Origin: Lingula anatina
Lineage: Eukaryota; Animalia; Brachiopoda
DNA length: 64,000 nt
Assembly: GCA_051362555.1 (NCBI GenBank)
Contig: CM120642.1
Span: forward strand, 4,960,001 to 5,024,000
Reading direction: 5' to 3'
Shown here: positions 37,001 to 62,805 of the stretch, one piece after another
Layout: every line of letters begins with the position of its first letter
How positions within the stretch are numbered: position 1 is the first letter of the stretch
The notes under the pieces: model-generated
What the model was told of the DNA's origin: nothing
The model's database searches: none
Seen by the model: the letters and a program-made list of their open reading frames with translations, nothing else
Program-made: the position numbers and the translations under genes

Positions 37001-38913
37001 TTCAATGATATAAGACATCTGTTTGATCTAGTATACTTTTAAATGAGTCATTGTATATGTGAAACTAAAATGGTACAGATTAGACCAACATATAAATTAA
37101 GACAAACCAATCTGATGCAGTTTTCAAATTAGTTGTTAATGTATCATATATATTTTCGTTTTAGACAAAGGGGGAAGAAATAAGTGAGAAAAAGAAAGGT
37201 GCAAATTTACTTACAAGGTAAATACACTTTGTCATGTATCTGAGAAACTTGCTCCTTCTTTAACAAGTTATTGCAAAGCTTTCTGCTTCTGTACCCAATA
37301 AAAAGAAATATAAAAATGTAAAAGTTATGCTTTGTTGTGTTTACTGATTCAAACCTTTTTAAATTTTGATGCGTTCCAATTCACAAGATATATCTTTCTA
37401 CAACATTGAATATATATTTTTCAGATGGAGAGAGAAAGTGTTTGCTTTATTAGTACAACAGAAGTCTGCAGATATAGTGAGAAAGAAAGATGAACAAAAC
37501 TGGAATGCAAAGGTACTTCACTCAATACATGGATAAGTAGAAATTTAGGCACAGTAGTAGTAACCATGGTCATAGTCCTGGGGTGGGAGGGGAGGGGGAT
37601 ATATTTATAAGTCTATCATGGACTATACACATATCTTTCAACAACCAGCCCACGACCCTGATAACTATCCTATGTTATTTTCTAGGATGTGATACATAAA
37701 TTTTTGACTAATCACTTAAGTGTTTGTAGTCACATTTTTTTCCAAATTAAAGATGAAGCAGTAAAGTGAAATAAATATGTTAAGTGTTTTGCTTAGATTT
37801 TATGCTTTATATTTCTAGCTTTACATATTTTTATTTGTTCATGCCCTTTTACAAAGTCTTGTCACTTCTGTTTCTGCACTTTGAGATTCATGAATGTTTT
37901 TACAGGTCTCTGCAATAGAACAGCAACTTCAACAAGCTTTGAGCAAAAACCAGATGCTCGTCCACTCGATATCAGACAAAGAAGCTCAGTTAGAGATAGA
38001 AAGGAACAACTTGAAGGTTGGTAGTCTATTTGAATGAAACCACTTGTTTACATTTTCTTTTTTTTTTTTTTTTTTTTTTTTTTGTTAAAAATTGTCTGGA
38101 TTTTAGTTCTTATTTTCCTCATTTCATTCTTAAAATATTTTCATAAACTGTAGTTGGAAAAAGTATCGATTCAATGGTCCCAGATAAATATATGTTGTAC
38201 TTGATATAAAGTTGGTTTCTATGTAACTTCAGACTACCCAGAATGCTCTGACCAAAGCACAAGAGTTGGCACTCAGTTTAGATGAGAGGTTGCAACAAGA
38301 CAGGGACAAGGTGGAGATTCTTCAACAGCTTGCACAGTGGTAAGCAAAATTAAAATATGATTTTTTAACTGGGATTTAATGATGCATAACATAAAAACTT
38401 CGAAAAAATCAGGTTTTGGAATATTCAGTAATGTTGTGCCACTCTGAAAAAGCGTTCCCACTTGCCTTTTCAATTTGAATCTCATAAGTTTATCAGTTTC
38501 ATTGTAAAATGCATGTCTATATTATATGTTTACTGTGTAACTAAGGTGTTCCAAGTGATTTTATTTCTGTTTTTCAGTGTCCAAGAAAAAATGACTGACA
38601 TGGATCAGATGCAGTCAGGAATTCTTGGAACTCTCAAGTCCTATGGACAGAGAATAAGTTTTGCCAGTGGCCGAGTGGAAATGCTTCAAGGTAGGAAGCT
38701 GGGTTTGAATAATTTAGCCACTGCAGAGTTTCTCTGTCACTGGCTGTAAGTTTAGAACTTGTCTTTACAAGATATTTTCTTACTGGTTGGTTTATACTCA
38801 GAACTTTAATTTCTGTATTAACATAATTGGTATTCGATGCCTTGGCATTAAATGGTCAATAATTTTTTTTGCAGCCTGATAAACTGGTTGCCGTGTCTTG
38901 AGTTCGCTATTTC

Positions 38914-38965
<52 letters not shown>

Positions 38966-41900
38966 CCTTAAAGGAAATGGCAGTGATTTGATAGATATGA
39001 TTATGACAATAAAATGACATTTTCAGGCCAGTTTGCCAGGAAGGAGGCATTCTTAAGGATGCAGATGTCAGAAGAAACGGAAGCCATGAAACAGAAAACA
39101 GTTCCTGAAAAACCTGCTCCAGTGGATGAAACAAGGTAGAAGTACAAGGTCACCCATTGATTAAGAACATAATTTTGCCTTAGCAGGAGAATTGAGTTAG
39201 CTAGCCTACTTTTGCGCACTTTGACATTAATATAGATATATAATTTTTCATATACACACAGTGAAATGTCCCTTAAACTGAAAACCATGTGCTTCATTAG
39301 ACTGGACTTTGATAGTGCATTACCTAAACTATACGATGCATACAATGGCTACCTGTTAACAACACTTAATTCACTTTATGACAATAAATATGCTGAAGTG
39401 ATCTTTAAAAAGTTTACTGTAGTAATAGCAAAAAATTATATCTTCAGAAATATTTTCACTGTTCATAGCATAGATTTAATAGTTAAAAACTGCTCAAAAG
39501 TCGGTATTTAATTATATATTTTGCCTGTTGAACCATTTTGATAGACCAATATAACACACTGATATATCCTTAATGGTGCAGTGGTTCTTATGGTCAGTTG
39601 TGCCAGGAACTAGAGAGAGTGACCAGAGAGAGGGACAGTCTGGCCACACAGATCAGAAAAGACTCTGAACTCATTGACCAAAAGGTTGGAGACGTAAGGC
39701 ACAAATGTGAGTGAAGTGATAGGCAAGAGACCCGGCATCCCTGTCCTGTTTTAAAACTATTTTCCTTGGAATATTTCCATCATGTTGGTTTGGTTTTCTG
39801 TACAGTAAATTGGTGCTGTGTGGAAAAGCACGGATTAGTGATTAGAAAAGTATAAATCATGAGAATATACATTTATGTGTTCAAGTGCAGTCATCCATAT
39901 AAGTCTACTGTTCAAGATTTTCTTTGTCATCAGTGTGTTGGCATAATTATCAGTGAGATGTTTGAAAATATACGTGTGTGTGTGTGCACCTGCAAGCATG
40001 CATATATGCATGTTAGGATTAGTAACTTAGGTATTTAAACTTTGTGAGCAATTAGTGCAATCTTTTCAGATATCTTGTATGAAGATAACTGTCCACTCCA
40101 CTAAACTATTTGACCTCAATACCATTTGATATGCTCTGGCTATGTTCTTTTTGATTCAGTATTCTATCTTCTTTTTTTTCTTTTAAATCCATAATAAATA
40201 CTAATTTTTAAAAACCATTTTAGATGAAGGAGAAATAGAAGGGTTGAGGGACAGAATAAAACTTCTGGAGACCTCTGTAGAAGACAGAAATCAGGTGAAA
40301 TATTTATTTTGAGACATTAAGCACAATGTTGATTTGTATTTGTGGTATTTTACATATTGTGACCTGCATTTCATCTCTGTACAACATCAAAATCATCATT
40401 ATTGTGTTGTCATTATTGAACGATTGTGACAGACGAGAAAATTAAAACACGCTCATGCATACCTACACGCACATGCATAAACACACACACACACACTGCT
40501 TATGACTTAGTTTGCAAATAAAAACATTATTCTTTTGGTTTAAATTTTTGTTATGCCTCAGACTAAATGAAAGCGCTGAAGATGCTAAAGAGCTTAATGT
40601 ATTGTAAATTATTGTTGTAGAAATGTCACAGGCTGAGTGAGCTGCTAGAGGAGGCCCAGAGTGGACTGGAGGAGGCCAGAGAAGCCGTGGACAAACTGAA
40701 GACTGACCTGGCCAGGCAGCAGTTAGAGGCTGAAAAAGGTGCAGTAACTTCTGTAATAAGTTGGAAAAAAAATTAAGGACAAGTGTTCAATATCAGTGTG
40801 TAATGTACCAAGGTTGTCATGTCTCAACAGTGATGTATGTATTACAAGTTTTTGACTGTTGGTTCCTTTTATTTTTTGGTTGTGTATTTTCTTGTCCAAT
40901 CAGGTATTTGACATATTAAGGAATGGTCTTATAGAGTTTAAGTTATTGTATATAATGTTCCTTCTTGGTGTATTTATTACATGACATTAGTATGTATTTC
41001 AAATATGTTAAAATTTTCACAGCACTCAAGGATAAACAGACCAAGGACGAGCAACAGTTCATTGAACAGTTCACAGAGATGGAGAGAAAGCTAAATGATG
41101 CCAGAAGAGAACACACAAAAGCTGGTAAGTATATTTGTTCTGCTTTGTTTAGTTAGGTTTGCCTCCAGAAGGGATGTCCTTAAAGTTGTTCAGTCTTCTA
41201 GACAATAAAATTGATATTTAATTTAGTCTTACTTTATATGTTTGGATTAAAAAGGTTATTGTAGTAACACCACATGAATTTGTGAATTTGGACTCTTTTG
41301 AGGAAGTGATTGTTATTATGGGCTTAAAATTAAATCAAAATTTTTAAACACATTTTCTTCAAAATGAATTTAAAGTTATAAATGCCAGGATTCATCATCA
41401 ATATCTGTAAGTCTCAGACGATTCATGCACTGTTGTTTTCAAATACCAGTTGTTTCGCTACGGCAACAAGAGAGACAGATGTCAAGAGAGAGACAGAGGG
41501 CTGCTGACCAGGTTAAGGGGCTGGAGGACTACTACAAGGTGCAGCTAGACAAACTACACCATCAACTTAAAACTTCAGAGAGGGACAAAAATTTACTGAT
41601 GGTAAGATAAAGATCGGGGTGCTTAGCATTCTTATGAGGTCCATTTTGATTTTAAGTAAATGATAAACCTTTACAAGTGCTGTCAACCCTCATTGAGTTA
41701 CATTTCAATTGCAAAATGTATAATTATTTAAGCATTATATACTATAGTTTATTTTTTCATCATCACTGATTATTTTTTAAAAAATTCTTATATACTTTTC
41801 TGTGAGGAAAAAGTGAATAGACATTTTGGTGAGAAAAGTAATTAAATATATTTCGTAATTGAAATACAGGCCACATTGAGACAAGAAGGTTTGCTGAGTA

Positions 41901-42432
41901 AAGTGAAAACTCAAAGAGCTTCCCCGGTGAATTACGAGTCTGACAGTAGCACCACTGATGATAAAGAAAATATTGAACCATCATCTAATGCTGCACAGTC
42001 ACAAAGGGTCTCAGGTATATATTAAACATTATTTGAAAATAACGTACAGTTTGAAAATGGCTAATCAACAATTTTCTGGCACTGTGCTTGCTTGTCCTTA
42101 CCATATTTCAAATGCTAAAAATACGACCTCATTTCAATATAAACTTTAATCTTGTGCCACAAAAACATAACTATAATATTCAAGAGGTCAAATGGGCTTA
42201 GCAATGTAGTTTTAAAAAGATTAAAATTTAAGCCAATTGTAATCAAAATATGCTTGTAAGTTATAGGGAAATACATTTCTTTAGATTTAACATAGATTTA
42301 CTTGTAATAAATAAGTTTGATAAAATAGTAACTTGATTTTATCCAATTAATTTTCTTTCAGAACCATTGAAGTCAGTCATTGACGATATAAAAGCTTTAA
42401 CTGAGGTGGCCTCGGATTCTGAAGACTCTTAA
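34071..42432 (+). CDS. CCHCR1: Coiled-coil alpha-helical rod protein 1, multi-exon (about 20 exons)
   Basis: Spliced coiled-coil ORF with the signature peptides LTRWREKVFALLVQ, LNEILSIQEKELSK, RISFASGRVEMLQG, LNDARREHTKAVVSLRQQERQ and LMATLRQEGLL. Stop TAA at 42430-42432. Confidence 0.88.
34689..34938. mobile_element. Tc1/mariner-type MITE, uninterrupted relative of 12515-16847
   Basis: TA-flanked CTGTAATGACTC...GAGTCCTTCCTG. The interior matches 16643-16835 (TGTGGTGCTTTTACT, TCAATTTTGTTGCT). Confidence 0.6.
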
Positions 42433-43720
42433 CATGTGGGCAGATCAGGAACTATTTAATATAACACCATCTTATGGACTTGGCTGTGATACTGACATAG
42501 AAAGCAATTTGTTGTCTTCATCGTTCTTTATTTTGTAAAAAGTATTCTGAAAATAGTTGTACATTCTGTATATATTAGTATCAGCGATAAAATGTGTTCA
42601 CCATTAAAACGTATATCTGCATATTCACCAATACAATCTCATGTTACAATATATTTCTTAAACTGTATAATAAATGTCTATAAAACCTTTCAGCTAGTTT
42701 TCACTGTCAGATTTGTCACATACAGTAGACTTAGCATGATTCGGCCAATTTTGGAACTGAAATACTTGTCCAAATTTGTGATCAATGTTGAAATTAATTT
42801 TGGTTGATGCAAAAGAAAATCCTTTTCATAAAATTTGTTTGAGATAAATCATAATGTCTGTTATTAGGTGTCAGGATGTTCCGTATTTCCCTGACTACCA
42901 TTCACAAGGGATATTTGATATATGTTCATGTACTTGCTATATCAAATATGATCAGTAAAATTCTACTACTTCTATTTAAAAATATTGTCAAAATGTAAAC
43001 AACAGTTTCTTCTTAATGGCAAAACTTATCCACAGTACCAAACCAACCTAGCTTTTGAAGTTGAAAACCCTGAAACCTATAAAACAAGATATGCCATTTA
43101 TCAGTAAATTAATCCTGCAACACTTGTAAACATTTTGTGCAAAAGTAACTGAATGACAATTGCATATTCTAGACAATTAAATATACAAAAAAATTCCACC
43201 TTAGAAATGTTAATGAGGATAAAACCTCTACAAGAGATTCAGTTGGTTACAGATTAGTTGACACCCTCCTAATTCTACCTAACATACATCTACTTGGACC
43301 TTTAAATCAGCAACATCCAGTACTTTTAAAATTACCTTGGTTGTCATGATTGCAGTTCAAAGGATTTTTATTAAATGTAACTGAAATATGTAAACATAAC
43401 TAATTGGGATTATTCTTATCCATTTTCTCAATCTCTTCCTTATAAGTTGTAATGTAGAGATATCAATCACAAGCAATATGGCTCCAACTAATTTGTCTAG
43501 TTGTGCAGCAGTGGACCATTTTGCCGAGTTCATACATCAGGTGAAATATGGAAGAGCTAAACAGAGCTCCATGGTTCCCTAGCCAAACTCTCCAGAACCA
43601 TAATAGAAGGCTCCATGACTCTTGCAGGCCATGTGTATATTTCTCAAAGTACTAGTTAATATTAGTCTAAACTGGAATGGTAAATTATATTAATAGCTGG
43701 CAAAACATTGGTAAAATGCT

Positions 43721-54666
<10,946 letters not shown>

Positions 54667-57600
54667 GGTTCTTACACAGTTTACTCATCTAATCTGATCA
54701 AAGAAATAACAAAAACTATTAACTGTTAATTTATAAAGAACATTATGATTTCAAATACACATTGCAAGCATTAAATGTAAGAGTTCCCTCCCAGTACGTA
54801 ATATTTCAATGCTTTAAAATGGGGAAAAAGTATTAAAGTAGTAATATATTTGGAAATTTCGTGCGTGGCATTATTTTATTTTTTCATTCAATGTTTGGTT
54901 TTTAAAAATAATTTGAATGGCAGCATTGGTCCCCAGGGAAAGGTACACAGACCCAATCGGAGTTGTAAAAATTCTGCAACCAAAATTCTTTGCTTCGTCA
55001 CTTCACAATCTCCAGTAAAATGCCTGGCATCACTACGATAGTGGGGTATGGGCTTTCAAAATCTGGGGTAACTCGTATGCTTTCTTTGTCTCACTTCTCT
55101 TATACACATTACCTGGGCGTAGACATTTGGTTTTGAGGGTCACTAGAGCGTGAGAATGCATTGGGAAGGTGTTAGCGAGTCTCGAGTCGACGAAAGTCAG
55201 GAGAACACTGGAAATAGAGCCCACATCTGAATGCGCTAAAACATATTTCGTGAGCACCATAGGAAGAATATTACCTTAATTTACCTTTCAGTATAGCTGG
55301 TTGCAATATTTGATCGATCTCTGCAGTTTTGGTAATTAAACGTCAATTTTGTATTGTGGTGTCACCAACCTTCACCGCCATTTTTCAACAAAGACCTCTT
55401 CAATAGTAGAAGACCAATTTCGTAAGCACTTACAGGACTTAAACGTTCATTATATCTTAAAATTATATTTAAAAATTAAACATATATACGTAATGTAGCC
55501 ATTCTCCATTTATATATTTGTGTAAATTATATTTTTAATGTTTTGTGTGAGTTTTGCACCCATTTAAGGAATTTATTTGGAAACTACAAATGCCTTTTTA
55601 TCAGCCCTAAAAGACCTGTGAATTTCTAGCCACAGGTGCGAGAAGAAGTGTTTACCTTCGCATGTCACTAGCAGTAATAGCCATTTCCACAAATGTGGCC
55701 GATGAAATGTGCAATAACGAGGAAGATAAACCACAGATTACCAAGGATGAAATATAGGTAACAACTTAGAGCTAAAGGCCCACGTTTCAAATGTGGATAG
55801 ATTTTCTTACTTAGTATTGAACGTTATATATGCAGCAAACTCGGAAGCACAAATTAATTTGTAATTCGAACATAGCCAAAGGGTAATCGTAGTGCAAAAA
55901 TGAAATCGAGGAGAATGTGAAATTGCAGACTGATTTTACTTTCCAATATTCTTAATGTGCTATTGAAAAAACACCTAAAGTTTTTGTCTGTGCACAATAT
56001 GACACATATCGTACTAGATATGAGAGTTCTAAATAATCATAATAATTTAATAATAATATAATAAATGATATAATAATAATGATATTATTAGGGTACATGG
56101 TATTCTCTCAGAAAGCAGAAAATTAAGCAGGATCCGACTTGCAGGAATAATTTGCCCATCTTTTTTTTGTGGTGATAACCTTTGAAGGTCTGAAACTTCA
56201 TCATGTGCTAAGTTATCTCATTAAAAGCAGCTTATATTGAGTTGGGATCAATTTTCATTAATATCTCTCTTGCAGAGATTAGCAACTTAATGCTACATAT
56301 CCAAGTATTGTTAGTCTGTATGATCTAGCGACCAATAAGTAATGAACTGGCATTGATTCCATGACAAATGGTGTACAGTACTAGTAGTTAAATTTATTTT
56401 TAGAATTTTCACCCTCCCGTCTAACACATTTTCTCTTTCATAACTATTCCTGTCATAAGAAAAAAGAGTTAGAAAGTAAGCAATTACATGCAATATCAAA
56501 ATTTCTTCAATTTATATGTAAAGTGGAAGAAAACGCAGTGGCTACAATTAGATTGTTGAAATTTGGTTGTCGCACTTGACTGGAAAAATATAACACTGTG
56601 AAATAGCCAAATTTAACATAACACCTGAAAACCCAGATAACCCAGATTGCACTGTGTGTGTAGATGCATCAAGTTGGTAACACTGGCTCTTCCTGTTTGT
56701 GACACTATTACACTGATCAAGCCCATGTACCAGTATATATAATTTAAATATATTTATATATTTTAACTGCTCTATTGCAGGTTGGTTTGAACTGTACTTG
56801 AACTGACAGGTGGAATGTAAGCTGACAATGATGAAATGATAAAGGACCTAGAAAGATAATTTGATTATCTGAGCAGCAAGAAGCTGTCACACACAGGGAT
56901 TATAGACCTTCATACCTGAAGTCTCAATGGATAATCCTGCGGATGCATCTTCATCCAAGTTGGCATCCAAGAAGGTTCTTTTCTAATGGAATTGTGGATT
57001 TAGTTCCTCTGAAGAATTTGGTATCGAAATGGGCTTGTTTGTAACAGCAGTTGCCGTGTTACTATGATGCAATAATATATCATACATATTGTGTGTATGC
57101 AATATTTACCCCTTGCAGTTAATTTAAACTGAGTGTAACCAAGTGTGACTTCATTTGTCACATAATCAATTACACTGCTCCAAAAGCAGGGAACAGATTA
57201 GGCCAGATAAGATGAAATATAAGATAAATGGTGTTATGTGAAACAGAAAGTGGTCCACTGTTTGTTGTCACTGTGTGACACAGTGTTGTGATATGCTAAT
57301 ATAATGTTATGAATAATTGCATATGAAATTATGAGCACAATATATGATGTTTGTCATATCAATATTCAGGTCCTGACGCTAACATTTCATAATTTTTTAA
57401 ACTTGAAAGTGGACTCACAAGGAAAGCTGCGCACAAGAATTCTTTATTTAAGGATATGGCATTGGAAAATAAGGTTTCATCTTTTTGTAAAGAATTAACT
57501 CTACCTCTTTGAAAGACAAGGTGTCAGTTTTTTTTTTTTCAAAGATGTAAAGTGTATAATTTTGCATCTGTTAATTATCTCATACATTCCATTAGTTATG

Positions 57601-58166
57601 ATGCTTATTAATATAGATTATTTTACAGGTTGGCAGGTTCAGAATTTACCTTTATCAGGTTGGCAGGTTCAGAATCTGAAATGAGATATTCAGAACTGTG
57701 ATATAAAAGTCCTAATTTTAATTAATTATATACATAATACTTTTACGTTATACCATTTAATTTTATGAATTATAAATATTAACATCATAATTTCAGCATA
57801 CATAAATCATATAAATTAACCATCGTATCGAAGCTGAGTTTAGTCATTTTAGATATTTAACTTGGTACAGTTATATAGAAATAACTACATTGGTGAAAGC
57901 TTTTCAGGATTATGACTGATTTCAGGATTTTCAGTCTTCATTTTGATTGTTTTTTCATATGGTCTGAATGCAATGAGAAATTGCATTACTATAAAGCTTA
58001 GCCAAAATTGTGGTTTTGAGCAGAGTCAATAGGGATGAATGTGTAAGACAATCAGAAATATGTATTTGACTAGTGAAACTTTTTATTTTTACTGATATAA
58101 TGAAAATATAAGATTTTCATTCCAAAAGTGTATTAACACTTTAAGTGTATGTAGAGAAAATTCAAA

Positions 58167-58842
58167 ATGGAGACAGCAGCACAGGAAACTCAAGTTGAAG
58201 CAGAAAAAGAGTCCAAATGTGGGTGTGGTTATTGGCACCCTGCATGTCTGCAGAAATTCTCACATCCAGTGGCTTTTCTACTATGCATTAGTGCTGCTGC
58301 TCTCGCACAGTCCATTCTAGTCTCAGGGTACACGAGCAGCATTCTAACCACTATAGAAAAGCGCTACAGTCTACAAAGCACAGAACTCGGAGTGATATTC
58401 AGCAGCTATGAATTCACCTGTGTTTTTTTCACTGTGATAGTCAGTTATTTTGGAGGGCGGTCGAAGCACAACCGAGCAGCATGGATAGGGAAAGGCATGG
58501 TGTTGCTAGCCTTAGGATCATTCCTGTTTGCATTGCCTCATTTCATTGGTGGGCAATATCAAGTGACCTTGAACCAGAATGCCTCGTTAGACAATACAGA
58601 GAACCTTTGCAATGATGACCCTGCCACAACAGATATGTCAAGTGCCTGTCGTTCTAGTGTGCAATCAGAGAAATGGGCTTTTGCAATATTTCTTATCGCT
58701 CAGATGTTGATTGGTGTTGGTGCCTCGCCTGTGTACACGCTAGGGCCAACCTACATGTACGACAATGTCAGGCGCAATCTCTACCCCATTTTTGCAGGTA
58801 AATGTACTAGATTATTGCATTTAATTCTTGTGTATGTAGTGC

Positions 58843-58886
<44 letters not shown>

Positions 58887-61800
58887 ATGCATTTGTGTGT
58901 GTGTGTGTGTTGGTGCATGTTTTATAGAATAATTTGAAAAGCGTCCTCAATTTATAGGTGAATTATGAAGTTAAAAGTTGCATTTTCTAAATGACAGATT
59001 TTCTTACTTTTTTGTGCCTTATGTAAAAAAGAAAAATTATATGACAACCAACTCCTCCCTTGACTCTAACAGATGTTTTTGTTTTTCAATATAAAAAAGG
59101 CAGTCTGTAATATTAACACTGGTCCCTCAGCAAATGCCATTGAAACTGAATTGTCTCAACACACCAGTTATGTTTTTCAGTTCCTGCATGGTCTATTTTC
59201 TACGTTTGACCATTAAACCCTGATGGCCCAAAGGGTCAGTGGGTTTTAAAAATTTTGCCACAAAATGAAAAGATGTTTCAAATGATATTTCTTCCAGGCA
59301 TCATGTATGCCATGGCAGCCTTTGGTCCAGCCCTTGGATATCTAATAGGTGCCGCCTTCATCACACTGTATGTGGACCCTGCCAACCCCCCACCGACCCT
59401 GACGGAAGACAGTAAGGACTGGATAGGAGCATGGTGGCTGGGATTTCTACTATGTAGCTTTATGGGGTTGTTAGTGAGTGTTCCCCTCTTGATGTTTCCC
59501 AAGAAATTGGACATAAAAGAGGAGAATATCGAGGTGGAAGAGGAGCCCGCCATGATGGGGTTTGGACAGAGTGTCAAAGGTAGGTTTTGTAACCATATGT
59601 GTATGGTAATTATTCTGAAAATTTGATCAAGATTGACTTGTTTTATTGTTGTGACAGCAATATCATGTGTAATGGTGATATAATATGCCTGTGACAACAG
59701 TGACACCTAGCAAAAAGACTGAAAGCTTCACTTACCTTATAATGGAATTTTAATTTTCTATTAAAATATACTATGAGAGTATGTAAGTTCAAACTTGCAT
59801 GAATGATACCAATCCCGTATAGAACACTTGTGACAACTCAATCTGTCCGACAGGCCAGACATGTCCTATGACCAGAGAACAGGCCAGATATGTCCTACAA
59901 AAAAGAGCCAGATGTGTCCAACAGGGCAGATATGTCCGACAAAAAAGAGCCAGATGTGTCCGACAGGCCAGATATATCCCACAAAGAAGAGCCAGTTGTG
60001 TCCGACATATCTGGCCTGTCGGACACATCTGGCTCTTTTTTGTCAGACATATCTGGCCTTCTCTGGTCATAGGACATATCTGGCCTGTCGGACATATCAG
60101 GTCATCACAACACTTTGCATGATACTAACTTGATCTTAGTTTGTTTCCAGCAGCTCTTTGTCTAGCTAGGTTAAATGTCTTGTTAACAATTCATAAAATG
60201 AAAAATAAATATGAATAAAAATAAACCGTATAATTAATTTTATGCCATTTCTCAATCAGACATCCCCAGGGAACTGAAGAAGCTGTTTACAAATACAACC
60301 TGGCTTTGTGTGAGTCTTGCCATAGTGATGGAGCAGTCTGTCATCCAGGGATTCATAGTCTTCATTGCTAAGTATCTGCAAACGATGTACGACATTCCAG
60401 CATCAAGAGCAAATATTGTCACAGGTACTTCTGTCACCAAGAACAAGTTTCGTTATTTAATTATTATTATTATGTATTTACCATGGTTTTCATAGCACAA
60501 TATATCCAAATTAGTGTTTATATCCAAACTTTTGGTGCAAAAATTGTCATATATTTCTTGAATAACAGTGTGACATCAAAAAAACCAAGTCGGTGTTGTT
60601 GCCTGAAATGTTCACTTTTGAATTCCAAAAATGTTTTGACTTTGTAAAATTTATCTTGACTGAATAAAATTCATTTATTTGTCTGGTTACTCAATTTGCA
60701 AGAAGGAAAGATAATGGAACTTTTATATAAGCATTTTTGTTAATTTTAATTAAAATTAATGAATTTGTTTGTTTCTTCAGGTGCTGTCGTTATACCCAGT
60801 GCGGTGGTGGGTATCATCACAGGAGGTGTGGTAGTCAAAAAGTTCAAGCTCACCCTGGAAGGTATAGGCCGACTTCTGGTGTGTATAGCCTTCCTGGCCT
60901 TCCTGGTGACACTGCCAATATTCTTCCTGGGCTGTGAGAGTGGCAAACTGGCAGGTGTCACCACTCCTTACAGGTGGGCTTCATGATTTAATAATGATAA
61001 TAATAATAATAATAAGTATTAATAACGTTTACCCAGCCAGCTTGGTCAAAGAATTTTGTAAACCAATTATTTTGTTGATGTCATCTTCCTTATTCTTAGT
61101 ACTTGTCAAATGGCTCTGATATGTGTTGACTTATAAATAGCAACTCAGCATCTGTAGTAACCATAACAAATCCACTGTTCATTTGTTCTGACAAAGTTTT
61201 AAAAATCAGTGCAAAATAAAAAGAAGATTTCAAATTTGATATGCTGCTAGGTTGGACGATGTGTTGTCAACAGTCAACTTATCATCAGAGTGTAATGTCA
61301 ACTGTCACTGTAGTGTCCAACACTATGCTCCAGTCTGTGACAGCCATGCTGGAATGGCGTACCTCAGTGCCTGTCACGCAGGATGTCATGTTGTCGATGT
61401 GACACACGTAGATGGAATGAAGGAAAGTGTCAAGGTATGAGACATGGGTCGAATTTTTCAGTTGTTTGAACTAACCAGGGTTTAATATCATTGAATGAAT
61501 TTTAACAGGAATGTTTATTTCTTTAAATTTTGAATTTATCTGCCTCTAAAGGAAATTTCACGTGTGTTTTAAGTTCTCTGCTGAAAATGACTGGTTGCAC
61601 TTTACTACTTCCAAACAAAGCAAATTAAGGTGGTACATACTTGAATGGCATTCACCTCTCTGAACATCTAGGTTGGATTAGTTGCTAATGTGCACGACTT
61701 AAAATTTGGCACATATTTTTTGAAACTTTGTTACAATTTAAATTTTTTTTTATACGTGCACTATCTCAATTATACAATAGCAGTATATGTGGACCATCTG

Positions 61801-62805
61801 GAAAGTTCGCTTCTTTTTTAGTCAGGTAAAAAAAAGGTACATGCCTTTTAGAGTAATTTAACATCTTCCTTCCTTTCTTTGCAGAATTATTCCAGTTGTG
61901 CCTGTCTTGGGTTGTCTAGTCCTCCGTCTGATGGTTGGTCAGTAGTTGAAGGCAAGTGCAGCAGAGAATGCAATACTTTCATCCCATTTGTCCTGCTGTT
62001 GTTTCTGGTAGTTTTCCTCATCTGCTGCGCTCAGAATCCAGCACTTATTATAACTCTCAAGTAAGTATAAATATGCCTCAAATAAGTATGAATTTATTTG
62101 TACCTGTCCATTCATATTCAAGAAATTGAGAAGAGTTTTATAATTGAATTGGCAAATGTTCGTGAGGATTGTTTAAAGAAACACCTATTTTAAATGTTCT
62201 TTAGTTTGCTATTGTTGGGTGGCTTTTTATATTGATAGAATATATGAATGGAGACATCATTTTATTCAATTTATTTTAATTTATTTATTATTTTATTATT
62301 ATTTTTTACAGGAAAAGTTGTTATTAATGCTCATCCATATTAAATACTGGTACATGAAATTGATAATTTCAGGAGCGTGAGCAGTAGCAGCGAGAGGTCC
62401 TTTGCCCTGGGAATGCAATACTTCCTCTTGCGTGCTGTGGCCTTCATCCCAGCACCAATCTATTTTGGCTATCTATTCGATACCCAGTGTATACTTTGGC
62501 AGCCATCTTGTGAGAATGGCAAACAAGGTGCATGCTGGGAGTACAGCATTGAGAATTTGCCTTATACCATGTTTGGAATGGCGTGCGGACTTCGTATCCT
62601 TGGATTCATCTTCATATTATTGACTTACATATCAATAAAAAGAGATGGACGAAGAAAAGGATGTATGCAGCTCGCTAATGGTGGAAAAGATTTAGATCCA
62701 AATAAAATGGTGCACAGTGTCAGCACTGTCAGTTGCGATACCATGACCTCTAGTGTGAGCTCAGACAATGGTGTCAAGCCAGTTCGTCTGGAGACTTACA
62801 TTTGA
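58167..62805 (+). CDS. SLCO/OATP organic anion transporter, SLCO5A1/3A1-like (exons 58167-58797, 59298-59579, 60260-60424, 60781-60973, 61251-61434, 61885-62060, 62373-62805)
   Basis: TTIEKRY, LGPTYMYDNV, the OATP signature DWIGAWWLGF, a Kazal-like C.C.....PVC....YLSACHAGC loop and PAPIYFGYLFD..C..W...C...GACW.Y. Splice phases are consistent. Confidence 0.93.
59829..60109. mobile_element. Foldback MITE with TGT...ACA ends (Ginger-like) in SLCO intron 2
   Basis: Near-palindromic arms built from ~42-bp GGCCAGATATGTCC repeats. 5-bp TSD ACACT at 59824-59828 and 60110-60114. Confidence 0.7.

Noticed and set aside
39560-39581. ATATCCTTAAT just before a CCHCR1 acceptor, resembling a U12 donor or branch point
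   Set aside because: The matching donor (GTAGAAG at 39136) is not U12-type and the spacing to the AG is short. Probably chance, or at most a relic.
55033-55260. 75-aa ORF upstream of POMT1
   Set aside because: No recognisable motif and no supported in-frame link to POMT1. Probably leader or intron sequence.
59789-60133. Regularly spaced short repeats with repetitive ORFs, superficially CRISPR-like
   Set aside because: The spacers are not unique, the array is inverted about its centre with a TSD, the context is a eukaryotic intron and there are no cas genes. It is a MITE.
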